64,000 nt of DNA from an uncultured Polaribacter sp. (GCA_964477255.1 CAYZDK010000001.1:28539-92538); one strand, 5' to 3'; counted from the first letter of the stretch, positions 9,726 to 20,374 are shown. A program made the numbers and translations. Notes: generated from the sequence alone by a model not told the origin.

Positions 9726-10829
9726 TTATAACATAAAACCTCCTGCAATTAGTATTGTTTTATCTGCTAATACTTCTTGCTCTTTAACTTGTACATGAGT
9801 ATCGTCAGAATTTACAATAGTAATGTGTTGTTTTACAAAGATGTAATTCTTTTCTTTTTCTTCTTTTTTAATTAAGATATAATCAACCTCTCCATCATTT
9901 ATTAGAGCAGTCTTAGGAACTGCTAAAGCTTCTTTCTTCTCAAAAATTATATTCGATTCTACAAACATACCAGACAAGAAGTTTTGTTCTTTTTCTTCTA
10001 CATGACCGTGAACTTTAACGGTTCTGTTTTCCTCGATATTGGTACCAACTAAATATACTTCTCCTTTAAAAATTTTAGTTGATGCTTCTGGCACTGTAAA
10101 CGTAATTTCTTGTCCTTTTTTAACCTGTAAAATATCTTTTTCAAAAACATTTAACTCTAAATGAATATGATTGGTATTTATAATTTCTAATACATTGTTT
10201 TGATCGGAAACATAAGCTCCTTTATTTGTAAAAATTTTTGTTACGTAACCACTAATAGGGGCATGTAATGCTATGGTTTCTGAGATAACTCCTTTTTTTA
10301 CTTCTACAATGTTAATTTTCATCATGCGAAGTTTTTTTTCCAAACCTTGATATTTAGCTACCATACTTTTATAATCGCTTTCTGCTTTTATAAACTTTTT
10401 TTCGGAACTTATTTTTTGGGCAAATAGTTTTTGCTGTCTTTTGTATTCGTTTTGTAGGTATTTTAATTGTGCATCTACCTCAAGAAATTCTTGCTGTAAT
10501 TCTACAAAAGAAGTATTGGTTAAAGTTGCAATAACTTCGCCTTTTTTTACTTTATCTCCAATTAGTAAAGGTATTTCTTTTATGTATCCTCCTGCAAAAG
10601 AACTAACCATAGCTCTGCTATCTGGTGGAACATCTATTATTCCAGTTGTTTTTAAAGACGATAAAAAAGAATGCTTTTTTAACGTTCCTAATTGCATATT
10701 TTCGCTTTTAAATTGCTCTTTTTGTATAACAATTTCATTCGGATTTATAGCCTCAATTTTTTCTAATTCTGTAGTTTTTCCACAGGATAGAAGTGCTAAA
10801 AAAACAAGACTTATGTAGATAGTTTTCAT
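9726..10829 (-). CDS. czcB: RND efflux periplasmic adaptor (CzcB/CusB-like) lipoprotein
   Basis: Lipobox LLSC, lipoyl halves (GDKVKKGE, APISG), long alpha-hairpin; follows the RND pump. Confidence 0.85.
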   Translation of the reverse strand: MKTIYISLVFLALLSCGKTTELEKIEAINPNEIVIQKEQFKSENMQLGTLKKHSFLSSLKTTGIIDVPPDSRAMVSSFAGGYIKEIPLLIGDKVKKGEVIATLTNTSFVELQQEFLEVDAQLKYLQNEYKRQQKLFAQKISSEKKFIKAESDYKSMVAKYQGLEKKLRMMKINIVEVKKGVISETIALHAPISGYVTKIFTNKGAYVSDQNNVLEIINTNHIHLELNVFEKDILQVKKGQEITFTVPEASTKIFKGEVYLVGTNIEENRTVKVHGHVEEKEQNFLSGMFVESNIIFEKKEALAVPKTALINDGEVDYILIKKEEKEKNYIFVKQHITIVNSDDTHVQVKEQEVLADKTILIAGGFML

Positions 10830-10831
10830 GA

Positions 10832-13800
10832 TTATATTAGGTTTATCAAAAGGTGATTGATTTGTATGCTAGTTTGGTTATAGTTGTTTAGATTTTCTAT
10901 ATATGTTAGTTCTATTTCTTGCGCGACTTCTAAACTCTGAATGTATTGGAAAAAATCTAGTTCTCCTTCTTCATACGATTTATTAGCTGTTGTAATAATT
11001 TCTTTTTTTAGCATTTTACCTTGCGAATTGTAGTAGCTAATAGCCGCTTCGTATTTTTTTAAAGTTGCAAGTAATGCTTTATACTTACTGTTTAAAACGC
11101 GAGTATATTGTTGTTTTTCTTCTATCATTCTTTCTGTTACAATTTTAGAAGCTTTTATTTTAGACTTATTTCCAGAGAATAGAAGAGGTATTTTTAATCC
11201 AACTCTAAATCCATAAAGAGAATTATTTAGTTGGTTATTAGTGCCTTGAAAATACTCTAAATTAACATCTGGCAATAGGCTTTGTTTTTCTCTTTGTACT
11301 CTTCTATTTTGAAGGTCTAAAAGTTCTTCATAATATGCAACTCCTAAATTATCTAGCGTTGAGAAGCGCTCTAAACCTATCTGTTCTAGAGATACTTCTG
11401 CTATGGTAAAGTTTTCTATTTGTACCAAGCTTTTTAATTCTTCTTTTGCTAATTCAACCTCATTTTTTGCTTGTAATAATTTAGTTCCTATCTTTTTTTG
11501 TTTAGATTTTGCAGTTATCATTTCTAGGTAGTTAGTTTCACCGTATTCGAATTTTTTTTCTGACTTTTCTGCAAAATCTTGGTATAAACTATCTAAGTAT
11601 TGGTAAGTTTTTGCTTTTCTTCTATTATAAAGAAGTTGATAATATTTAGAGTACACTTCTTTTTTTAAGTTGTTAACTTTTATTTTAAAATTAACTTGTT
11701 CTAAGTTTATCTCTTTTTCTTTTATCTTTTTATCTGCAAAGTATATTGTAGGAAACTTAAAATCTTGGCTTACACCAAAAACACGAATTGGCAAATCATT
11801 AATAGCCAAGTTGTTTTCATCGAAACTGTAATAAACAGAAGTTTTATCAAAATTAAAAGCACTTGTAACTATGGCTTTCTTTTCTTCTACTTTTAGTTTT
11901 GCCGATTTTAGTTTTGCATTATTTTCTAAAGCTAGTTCTAAAGTTTGTTGCAATGTTAAATTCTCTTGTGCATTGGTATTTGCAATTCCAATTGTAAAAA
12001 ACACAAGCATGAAACTCAATTTAGTTACTTTTATTTTTTTTCGTTCTTCGAACCAAGCATATAGAGCAGGTAAAACAATTAACGTTAGTAAAGTAGCAGA
12101 TACAAGACCACCAATAACTACAGTTGCTAAAGGTCTTTGTACTTCTGCACCTGCATTTGTAGAAATGGCCATTGGTAAAAACCCTAATGCTGCAGCTGAA
12201 GCAGTTAGTAAAACTGGCCTTAAACGTTCTAGAGTTCCTCTTGTGATTCTTTCAGTAATATCTGAAACGCCTTCTTTTTTTAACTCTTTAAAATGTTCTA
12301 TAAGTACAATACCATTTAAAACAGCAATTCCAAAAAGGGCAATAAATCCAACACCAGCAGAAATACTAAAAGGTAAATCTCTAAGCCACAATAAAAATAT
12401 GCCACCAACAGCAGATAATGGTATAGCAGAATATACAAGTAACGCTTCTTTAACGGATTTAAATGCAAAGTATAACAGTACAAATATTAATAACAAAGCT
12501 ACTGGTATAGCAACCAGTAAGCGGTTTTTTGCATTTTGAAGATTTTCAAATTGCCCACCATAAGAAATTCGGTATCCTACAGGTAGATTTAGTTTGTTGG
12601 TTAATACTTTTTTTACATCGTCTACAACAGATTGTAGGTCTCTATCTCTAACATTAATTCCAATAACAATTCTTCTTTTTGTATCGTCTCTAGAAATTTT
12701 AGCAGGGCCTTTGGTATACCTTACTTCTGCCAATTCATGTAAAGGCACTTTTTCTCCGTTAAAAGTATCTATAAGTAAGTTTTTAATATTAGAAATATTT
12801 TGACGTTGCGATTTGTTAAATCGTACAACTACATCAAAGCGTTTTTCTCCTTCAAACACACTTCCAACTTCGCCTCCAGCAAATCCCATAGATATTATTT
12901 TATTTATATCTGCAATGTTTAATCCATAACGTGCAATTTTATGCCTATTAAAAAGAATACTAATTTGTGGTAAACCTTCTACTTTTTCTACAATTATATC
13001 TGATGCTCCTTCAATATCTTGAATTAAAAATTTTACTTGGTCTGCCTTTTGTGCCAATATAGATAAGTCTTCTCCAAATATCTTTATTGCTACATCTGCT
13101 CTAACACCGGTAATTAATTCATTAAATCTCATTTCAATTGGTTGGGTAAATTCAACTTCCATATTTGGTATGATAGACAATGCCTCTTTAAACTTACTAG
13201 CTAATTGGTTTTTAGTGCTAGCATTAACCCAACTAGATTTTGGTTTTAGTTTAATAATTACGTCACTTTCTTCCATAGACATTGGGTCTGTTGGTACTTC
13301 TGCAGCACCTATTCTACTTATTACTTGTTCTACTTCTTCGAAATTATCTAGAAGAGTTTTTTCAATTTTAGTCGTAATTTTTATGGTTTTATCTAAAGAA
13401 GTGCCTGTTTTTAATACGGGTTGAATCACAAAATCTCCTTCATCTAATGTTGGTACAAATTCTCCTCCCATTCTGCTAAATAGTCCAAGGCTTACCAAAA
13501 ACAAGATAGTAGCTAAAGAAATAACCATTTTCTTGTTTGTTAAACCCCAATGTATTGCTGGAGAGAAAATTTTATGAATAAAATTTAATATACGTGTTGT
13601 AATATTGTTTTTTTTCTGTTGTTGCGGTTTTAGAAATAATGAGGATACTACTGGTATATATGTTAAACAAAGAATAAGTGCACCTATTAAAGCAAAACTA
13701 AAAGTAAGAGCCATTGGCCTAAACATTTTGCCCTCAATACTACTTAAAGATAATATGGGTATAAAAACTATTAAAATTATGAGTTGTCCGAAAATGGCTG

Positions 13801-15151
13801 AATTCATCATTTTTGTAGCACTTTTTTCAGTGATGAAATCCATTTCCTTTTGTTTCTCACTTTTAGAAATTCCTATTATTTTATTACGCTGTCTGGTAAT
13901 TTGAAAAGCGATAAACTCAACAATAATAACAGCACCATCTATAATTATACCAAAATCTATTGCTCCTAAACTCATTAGGTTTGCATCTACTCCAAAAAGA
14001 GACATAAGAGAAATTGCAAATAGTAAACTTAAAGGAATTACAGAGGCAACAACCAAACCTGACCTGAGATTACCAAGTAATAAAACCACAACAAAAATTA
14101 CAATAAGTGACCCAAGAATAAGATTTTCTGAAATAGTTCTGGTAGTTTTAGCTATAAGTTCACTGCGTTCTAAGAAACCGTTTATAAAAACACCTTCTGG
14201 CAGTGATTTTTGAATTTCTGCTACTCGCGCTTTTACGTCACTTATTATCTGATTAGAATCGCCACCTTTTAGCATTAAAATTTGTCCCAAAACTTTTTCT
14301 CCTTCACCATTTCCTGTAATAGCTCCAAATCGAGTTGCTTTGCCATAACTTACTTCTGCAATATCTTTTATATAGATTGGTGTTCCATTATTTTTTACAA
14401 CAATTTTTTCTAAATCGCTTAATGACGTAATTAAGCCTTCTCCTCTAACAAAATATGCTTGACTATTTTTTTCTATGTAACCACCACCAGCAATACTGTT
14501 ATTTTTTTCTAGTGCATTTAATATTTCAGATACACTAATTTTCATAGCTGTTAGTTTTTCTGGACTTATGGCAACTTCATATTGTTTTAAATAACCTCCC
14601 CAAGTATTAATCTCTACCACACCAGGAATACCAGAAAGTTGTCTTTTAACAATCCAGTCTTGTATGGTTCGTAACTCCATTATAGAATACCTGTTTTTAA
14701 ACTCAGGCTTAACATCTAAAATGTATTGGTAAATTTCTCCTAATCCTGTAGAAATTGGCCCCATTTGCGGTGTTCCAAACTCTTGCGGAATTTTTTCTGC
14801 AGCAAGTTTAATTTTTTCTGCTATTAACTGTCTGGGTAAATAGGTGCCCATATTGTCATTAAAAACAACAGTAACCACAGATAAACCAAATTTAGAAATA
14901 GATCTTATTTCTTCTACACCAGGAAGATTGGCCATTTCTAATTCTACAGGATATGTAATAAATTGTTCTACATCTTGTGTAGATAAATTGCGAGAAGTAG
15001 TAATAACTTGTACTTGGTTATTGGTGATGTCTGGTACTGCACCAATTGGAATTTTGAATATTGAATAGCCTCCAAAACCAATAATAAAAGCTATACCTAT
15101 AAATACGATTAGCTTATTTCTTAAGCTAAACTTAATAATGGATTGTAACAT
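10832..15151 (-). CDS. czcA: CzcA/CusA heavy-metal RND pump fused to a C-terminal TolC-like outer-membrane factor
   Basis: GAVPDITNNQVQ, AIDFGIIIDGAVIIVE proton-relay motif, RPVLLTA; about 380 extra C-terminal residues with OEP-like helical repeats (LLPDVNLEY, GFRVGLKIPL). Confidence 0.9.
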   Translation of the reverse strand: MLQSIIKFSLRNKLIVFIGIAFIIGFGGYSIFKIPIGAVPDITNNQVQVITTSRNLSTQDVEQFITYPVELEMANLPGVEEIRSISKFGLSVVTVVFNDNMGTYLPRQLIAEKIKLAAEKIPQEFGTPQMGPISTGLGEIYQYILDVKPEFKNRYSIMELRTIQDWIVKRQLSGIPGVVEINTWGGYLKQYEVAISPEKLTAMKISVSEILNALEKNNSIAGGGYIEKNSQAYFVRGEGLITSLSDLEKIVVKNNGTPIYIKDIAEVSYGKATRFGAITGNGEGEKVLGQILMLKGGDSNQIISDVKARVAEIQKSLPEGVFINGFLERSELIAKTTRTISENLILGSLIVIFVVVLLLGNLRSGLVVASVIPLSLLFAISLMSLFGVDANLMSLGAIDFGIIIDGAVIIVEFIAFQITRQRNKIIGISKSEKQKEMDFITEKSATKMMNSAIFGQLIILIVFIPILSLSSIEGKMFRPMALTFSFALIGALILCLTYIPVVSSLFLKPQQQKKNNITTRILNFIHKIFSPAIHWGLTNKKMVISLATILFLVSLGLFSRMGGEFVPTLDEGDFVIQPVLKTGTSLDKTIKITTKIEKTLLDNFEEVEQVISRIGAAEVPTDPMSMEESDVIIKLKPKSSWVNASTKNQLASKFKEALSIIPNMEVEFTQPIEMRFNELITGVRADVAIKIFGEDLSILAQKADQVKFLIQDIEGASDIIVEKVEGLPQISILFNRHKIARYGLNIADINKIISMGFAGGEVGSVFEGEKRFDVVVRFNKSQRQNISNIKNLLIDTFNGEKVPLHELAEVRYTKGPAKISRDDTKRRIVIGINVRDRDLQSVVDDVKKVLTNKLNLPVGYRISYGGQFENLQNAKNRLLVAIPVALLLIFVLLYFAFKSVKEALLVYSAIPLSAVGGIFLLWLRDLPFSISAGVGFIALFGIAVLNGIVLIEHFKELKKEGVSDITERITRGTLERLRPVLLTASAAALGFLPMAISTNAGAEVQRPLATVVIGGLVSATLLTLIVLPALYAWFEERKKIKVTKLSFMLVFFTIGIANTNAQENLTLQQTLELALENNAKLKSAKLKVEEKKAIVTSAFNFDKTSVYYSFDENNLAINDLPIRVFGVSQDFKFPTIYFADKKIKEKEINLEQVNFKIKVNNLKKEVYSKYYQLLYNRRKAKTYQYLDSLYQDFAEKSEKKFEYGETNYLEMITAKSKQKKIGTKLLQAKNEVELAKEELKSLVQIENFTIAEVSLEQIGLERFSTLDNLGVAYYEELLDLQNRRVQREKQSLLPDVNLEYFQGTNNQLNNSLYGFRVGLKIPLLFSGNKSKIKASKIVTERMIEEKQQYTRVLNSKYKALLATLKKYEAAISYYNSQGKMLKKEIITTANKSYEEGELDFFQYIQSLEVAQEIELTYIENLNNYNQTSIQINHLLINLI

Positions 15152-15207
15152 AGTTCATTAAATAGATAAAACAAAAAGAGCAGACTGCTCCGTAAAAACC
15201 TTCTATT

Positions 15208-15597
15208 TTATAGGAACTTTGGTGGTTGAAACAACGATTTCAAAACAGAATTTGTACTAGGTTCTTGGTAGAAAAAACCTACTTTATTTACAGATGAAGT
15301 TATTATTTGAGTAATCTCTATCGTTGGTGAAATGCTAAGGTAAATTAATTGAAAATTTGAATGATTTATATCTTGTTTAAATGGTAAGTTTTCATGATCA
15401 CTGTGGTGTACTATATTTTCATCATCAGATTCAGAATAATGCTCTAAAACAAATTCTATGAAGCTATCTCCATAGTTTTCTTTATGAAATTGAGCATGTT
15501 CTATGAATGTTTGTATTTTACTAAAGTCATGAACACACAAATTGCTACTTTGTAAAAGTATGAGTTGAGATAACAAAAGAGCAATAATTTTTAACAT
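15208..15597 (-). CDS. His-rich accessory protein preceding czcA (DUF6660-like)
   Basis: HAQFHKENY, HHSDHENLPFK and C-terminal LFQPPK, typical of small ORFs leading Bacteroidetes metal-efflux operons. Confidence 0.65.
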   Translation of the reverse strand: MLKIIALLLSQLILLQSSNLCVHDFSKIQTFIEHAQFHKENYGDSFIEFVLEHYSESDDENIVHHSDHENLPFKQDINHSNFQLIYLSISPTIEITQIITSSVNKVGFFYQEPSTNSVLKSLFQPPKFL

Positions 15598-15620
15598 ACT
15601 AATAAAGATACAAAATTCTT

Positions 15621-18600
15621 TTAAAATAGTGCTCTTAACTGCACATTACCAGAGTGTATAGCACTAGAAGTTTCGCTTTTTCTCCCAAAATAGCTTAGAT
15701 TTAAGTTAAGAAACGAGTTTATTTTCTTGGTATAAACTAAGTTCCACGTATAGTTTGTGCCACTTTGTAACCCTTCTAACATTTGATACGCAACTGGGCT
15801 ATTTGTATTTCCTACAAAATCGTTAAAAAACATATTGAAATTAATAGAAAATTGATTGTTTTTTTTGTCCATAAAAAAATATTCTACTCCATACTGTTGC
15901 TGCTGTAGTTTTTCTAAATTCCCTATTTGATTCTCTTTAGAATTGAACTCAAAAAAAGCAGAAAATCTATTGTTTTTAGAATAAAGAAAACTAATTTTTG
16001 GATGCAAACCATAAGAGATAACCTTAAAATTTCTGTTGTTAAAGTTTTCTGTTTTTAATTCGGTTAACGCATTATTTGCAGAAAAATTAACTAGCCAAAA
16101 TTTTGCAAATTTATGGGTGTAATCTACTTGATGTATGGTATTTGTATTCTCTTGGTTACCAACTAATAATTGTTGTTTTAGTTGGTTATTTGCATACAGG
16201 TAAGTAATACTATGCTTTTGTAAATCTTTATTAAAAAAAAGATTATTTCTAATCCCTAAGTTTAAACTAACCAATCTATCTTCATTAATAGAAAAAGGAT
16301 TAAATTGAAACGAATCTCCTTGCCTTTCTTGTTCATTTTCTGCAGTTAAAAATGTTTGGTTATACAATTTAGACACAAAACCTAGAACCCCTTTCTTATT
16401 TCGCCATTGATAAGGATTAATTGTTATATTTTGTTGAAATTTAGCACGCTGGGTTGCTATAAAAGTTAGGTTAGGTTTAGGTAATCGTAAATAATTTGCT
16501 TGATCTTGAAATAGTGCTACTTCAAACTCATTAAAGTCTTTAACACCATCATTATTATAATCTATCCAAGTATAAAAACCCAAACCAGGTTCGGTTTCAA
16601 TGTAAAAGAAATCCTGACGTGCAACATTTCCAGAAGACGTTTCATAAGTGCTATTTAGGTTTATGAAGTTATTCCAAAGTCGTTTTCTAAAAAACACCCT
16701 TGAGTTAATTGTTTTTTCATCTTTAGTGAAGTTGTTTTGGGTTGTTCTGTAATTTGCATAAATAGATAAACTTGTATTTTTAGAATCTATAAGTTTACTT
16801 TGAAAATATATTGTTTTACGATTGTTTATTTCTTGAAATCGATTGTTTCTAATACTATCATTATTTCTAAAGTTAACCCCTATTTTAGCATATATTTTAG
16901 TGCTATCCCCAACTCCAAAAAAGGCTTCATAATCCTGATATTTGTGTGATGTATTTGCAAAAGAATTTGTTTTAATATTTTTTCTTGAATTATCTTCTAT
17001 GTCTATCTTGCCTCCAAGCCAAGAACTTTTAAATTTTTGAATGATTCTTCCGTTTAAGCGAAAAAAGTAGTTGTCTTCTATATTGGATGTATTTGTTAAA
17101 TAACTACCATTAAAATTTAACAGAGTGTTATGGATTATAAAATGAGAAGTAAGCGTATGTTTACTTCCTGCAAATCCATTGTCATAACTTAGATTATTAA
17201 AACGATAAGAGAGAAAACTTTCTTTTTTATTGTTTAATTGAATACTTGTAGTTAAGTAATTTTTTGTAGCTCTATTGGTTAAAATATTCCAATCTCTATT
17301 AAACTCTACAGGTTCCCATCTCTGAAGAGTTCTAAAGTTTTTATGTGCATACTCATGACTAATTTCTGAACGTAACTGCCAATCTTTATCAAAAACGATC
17401 TGTTTCCAATTAAATTTGGCTGCTAGCGCTTTGTTTTGATCATCATCAAGAGATGAAAATAAATTTGCATCATTATTACTCAGGGCAACTTCTGTATTTA
17501 TAGATGTTTTTTCATTCGGAGAATAATCTGATTGAACAATAAAATACTGTGCTTTAGTTGGGGCAATTAAACGAATAACTGGACTAAAATTTCCTTGATT
17601 TTGCCCAACATACACATAAATATTACCAACGGTTGTTGTACGATCTAATTGATAATCTCCTTGGTTTTCGCCAACATTACTAAAAGAAACTGTAAATAAT
17701 TCTTCATTCTCATCTGTAGAGTATTCAAAGATTTCTATGTTGTTCTGGTTTACTTTTCTATACAAAACCTTGTTTTCGCTAAATGTATCTGCAAAAGCAC
17801 TTTCTGCAAACATTTCTTCTGTATTGTTACCTGCATTTGCAAGTATTTCTATTTGTTCGTTAGAGAGGCTTTGTTGTAAAGGTTGATTTTTCACATCATT
17901 TTCGCTGTAAAAATAGCCAGCAACTTTTAGTTTTTCTGAAGTGTACGTAGCTTCTTCATAAGTTATAAATCTTGTATAATTTCTTTCTGCGTATTGAAAT
18001 TCTACCCAAATTCGCATATCGTTATTGATTGGAAAAGTGGTGTTAAATGTAATTTCACCTAAGTTGTAATCTATGGTGTAATCTTTATCTTCTCCACGCT
18101 CTATTTTATTTCCATTAACAAAAACAGCGTCACTACCTTCTATTATTAGAATTACGGCTTCATTATTTGCGCCAAATAACTTGTAAGGCCCTTGATTTCC
18201 TTCTAAACCAACAAAATTGAATCTATTAAACTTACCACGTACAATGGCGCCAGAAGCAGAAATATTTACATTATCTAATTTTACTTCTGCTTCTAAACCA
18301 GATACTTGTTTTTTAAAAGGCAAAAAGAAAGAGCTTGTATTTTCTAAAGATAAATCACCAGCTTTAACACGCCAAGAATCACTTTCCATTTCTAAAAATA
18401 TACGATCAAAATCTGTTAGGTTTTGCGAATATCCATTTTGTTGAATTGGAATATTTGTATCAAAAATATTTGCATTGAGGGTGATGTTATTAGAAATTTT
18501 CCCTGAAATTTTTAAGTCTAATGCAGAATTAGTTACTGCATTCTGATTATTACCTGTTGTTATTCCTCTTGAAATAAAACCACGCGTTTTTAATCCATCA

Positions 18601-18995
18601 AAAAGTTGTACCTCATTTTTCTTCTTATTGGTTGTTAAACTATATAAGGTGCCATTTGTTGTTCTTGATTTTAAGATAATACTTTTATTTAGTGGTGCAT
18701 AAGTTTTTGTAATAAAAGCTGGATATATAAAATAGGCTACTGTAATTTTTGGATATTTCTTTGCGTTAATTATCAACCTAGCTGTTTTAAAATTCATTTG
18801 ATATTCAGTAGCTGAAATCAGCTTATTTTTAGCATTAAAAATTTGAAATTTTTGCGGATTGATAGAAACCGAATCTAATTGTATGGTATCGCTTTTAACT
18901 TCGATAATTTTTTTTCTAAAGTCTGTAGATTTTACTTGAGTTTGTGCAAAAAACCCAATAAAGAAAAAACATAAAAACAATACTCTTGTTAGCAT
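15621..18995 (-). CDS. Large conserved hypothetical outer-membrane protein
   Basis: Signal peptide, extensive amphipathic beta strands, C-terminal VQLRALF. Confidence 0.7.
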   Translation of the reverse strand: MLTRVLFLCFFFIGFFAQTQVKSTDFRKKIIEVKSDTIQLDSVSINPQKFQIFNAKNKLISATEYQMNFKTARLIINAKKYPKITVAYFIYPAFITKTYAPLNKSIILKSRTTNGTLYSLTTNKKKNEVQLFDGLKTRGFISRGITTGNNQNAVTNSALDLKISGKISNNITLNANIFDTNIPIQQNGYSQNLTDFDRIFLEMESDSWRVKAGDLSLENTSSFFLPFKKQVSGLEAEVKLDNVNISASGAIVRGKFNRFNFVGLEGNQGPYKLFGANNEAVILIIEGSDAVFVNGNKIERGEDKDYTIDYNLGEITFNTTFPINNDMRIWVEFQYAERNYTRFITYEEATYTSEKLKVAGYFYSENDVKNQPLQQSLSNEQIEILANAGNNTEEMFAESAFADTFSENKVLYRKVNQNNIEIFEYSTDENEELFTVSFSNVGENQGDYQLDRTTTVGNIYVYVGQNQGNFSPVIRLIAPTKAQYFIVQSDYSPNEKTSINTEVALSNNDANLFSSLDDDQNKALAAKFNWKQIVFDKDWQLRSEISHEYAHKNFRTLQRWEPVEFNRDWNILTNRATKNYLTTSIQLNNKKESFLSYRFNNLSYDNGFAGSKHTLTSHFIIHNTLLNFNGSYLTNTSNIEDNYFFRLNGRIIQKFKSSWLGGKIDIEDNSRKNIKTNSFANTSHKYQDYEAFFGVGDSTKIYAKIGVNFRNNDSIRNNRFQEINNRKTIYFQSKLIDSKNTSLSIYANYRTTQNNFTKDEKTINSRVFFRKRLWNNFINLNSTYETSSGNVARQDFFYIETEPGLGFYTWIDYNNDGVKDFNEFEVALFQDQANYLRLPKPNLTFIATQRAKFQQNITINPYQWRNKKGVLGFVSKLYNQTFLTAENEQERQGDSFQFNPFSINEDRLVSLNLGIRNNLFFNKDLQKHSITYLYANNQLKQQLLVGNQENTNTIHQVDYTHKFAKFWLVNFSANNALTELKTENFNNRNFKVISYGLHPKISFLYSKNNRFSAFFEFNSKENQIGNLEKLQQQQYGVEYFFMDKKNNQFSINFNMFFNDFVGNTNSPVAYQMLEGLQSGTNYTWNLVYTKKINSFLNLNLSYFGRKSETSSAIHSGNVQLRALF

Positions 18996-19044
18996 ACGTA
19001 CAGGTATCTAAATAACGAAAAAATATGAGTTTCTGTATATTTTT

Positions 19045-19524
19045 TTAGAAAAGAGATTGCTGTTTTACTGGGTTTTCGTGTTCTAACAGCCATTTTTTTC
19101 TCCAAATACCTCCTGCATACCCAGTTAAGGAGCCATCAGAGCCAATAATTCTATGGCAAGGAATAATAATCCAAATCGGATTTTTACCATTTGCAGAGGC
19201 AACTGCACGTATGGCTTTAGTATCTCCTAAGTATAAGCTTTGTTCTTTGTATGAAAGGGTTTTGCCAAATGGTACTTGTAATAAACTCTTCCATACTTTT
19301 AGTTGAAAATTGGTGCCTTTTGGGTTTATTGTTAATTCAAAATCTTTACGTTTACCCACAAAGTATTCTTCTAGCTGCGTAATACAATTTTGCAAACATT
19401 TTGCAATAGTTTTACTTGTTTCTATTTTATCTTCTAAAACAGATACTTCTTGTATCCCATTTATACTGCCAACAATTTTTGCAGTGCCAATAGGAGTTTT
19501 TAAGTAGGCAACCTCTGTTTTCAT
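19045..19524 (-). CDS. ogt: Methylated-DNA--protein-cysteine methyltransferase
   Basis: IIPCHRII active site, GT.FQ.KVW, RAVASA, GYAGG motifs. Confidence 0.95.
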   Translation of the reverse strand: MKTEVAYLKTPIGTAKIVGSINGIQEVSVLEDKIETSKTIAKCLQNCITQLEEYFVGKRKDFELTINPKGTNFQLKVWKSLLQVPFGKTLSYKEQSLYLGDTKAIRAVASANGKNPIWIIIPCHRIIGSDGSLTGYAGGIWRKKWLLEHENPVKQQSLF

Positions 19525-20288
19525 TATACGCCAAATACAGCTTTAGAGTTATCTGTTGTTATTTTTGCTATTTCTTCTGGAGTTTTTTCATATAACTCTG
19601 CTAATTTTTCTACAACTTTAGTAATGTAAGCACTTTCATTTCTTTTACCACGAAAAGGTTTTGGAGCAAGATAAGGTGAGTCTGTTTCTAACACTATGTG
19701 TTGCAAATCTATTTCATTTATAAATTGGTCTATCTTTCCATTCTTAAACGTTACAACACCACCTATCCCTAATTTCATATTAAATGAAATGGCACGTTCT
19801 GCTTGTTTTTTTGTGCCAGTAAAACAATGAAAAATTCCAAAAAGAGTGTCGTCTTTTTCAGATTCTAATACTTCAAAAATTTCATCAAATGCATCTCTAC
19901 AATGAATTACAATAGGGACGTTTTTTTGTTTAGCCCATTTAATCTGAGTTCTAAAAGCATCTTGCTGTTGTTTTAAAAAGCTTTTGTCCCAATATAAATC
20001 AATACCAATTTCTCCAATGGCTATAAAATTACGTTTGTCAATCCAACTTTTTACATGATTTAACTCTTCTTTATAGTTTTCTTTAACAGAGGTAGGATGC
20101 AATCCCATCATCAAAAAAACATCTTCTGGAAATTGTTCTTCTAATTGAAACATGCTTTCCGAATACGAAGAGTCTATAGCAGGAATAAAAAACCTAGATA
20201 CACCAGCTTCTTTTGCACGTTTCATCATGGCTTGTCTATCTTCATTAAACTGCTCAGAGTATAAATGAGTATGGGTGTCTGTAATCAT
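19524..20288 (-). CDS. tatD: TatD family DNase
   Basis: DTHTH, GLHP, GEIGID, IHCR, FHCF, ETDSPY motifs. Confidence 0.95.
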   Translation of the reverse strand: MITDTHTHLYSEQFNEDRQAMMKRAKEAGVSRFFIPAIDSSYSESMFQLEEQFPEDVFLMMGLHPTSVKENYKEELNHVKSWIDKRNFIAIGEIGIDLYWDKSFLKQQQDAFRTQIKWAKQKNVPIVIHCRDAFDEIFEVLESEKDDTLFGIFHCFTGTKKQAERAISFNMKLGIGGVVTFKNGKIDQFINEIDLQHIVLETDSPYLAPKPFRGKRNESAYITKVVEKLAELYEKTPEEIAKITTDNSKAVFGV

Positions 20289-20305
20289 TATTATTTTTTA
20301 AGTCG

Positions 20306-20313
20306 CAAAATTA
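20306..20313 (-). promoter_or_regulatory. -7 box (TAATTTTG) for the tatD-ogt operon
   Basis: TAnnTTTG consensus just upstream of tatD. Confidence 0.55.
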
Positions 20314-20351
20314 CAAATAGTTTATGGTATTGTTCACTTCTATTTAAAACG

Positions 20352-20359
20352 TAACTTTG
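20352..20359 (+). promoter_or_regulatory. -7 box (TAACTTTG) for the DEAD-box helicase
   Basis: TAnnTTTG consensus 15 nt upstream of the ATG. Confidence 0.6.
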
Positions 20360-20374
20360 TAGAAAATAAATGAA

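Noticed and set aside
11871-12539. 222-aa plus-strand ORF
   Set aside because: Antisense shadow of czcA with no motifs; the other short antisense ORFs inside ahcY, the SLC13 gene, czcAB, phhA, alaS, xdhC and the GH26 gene were rejected on the same grounds
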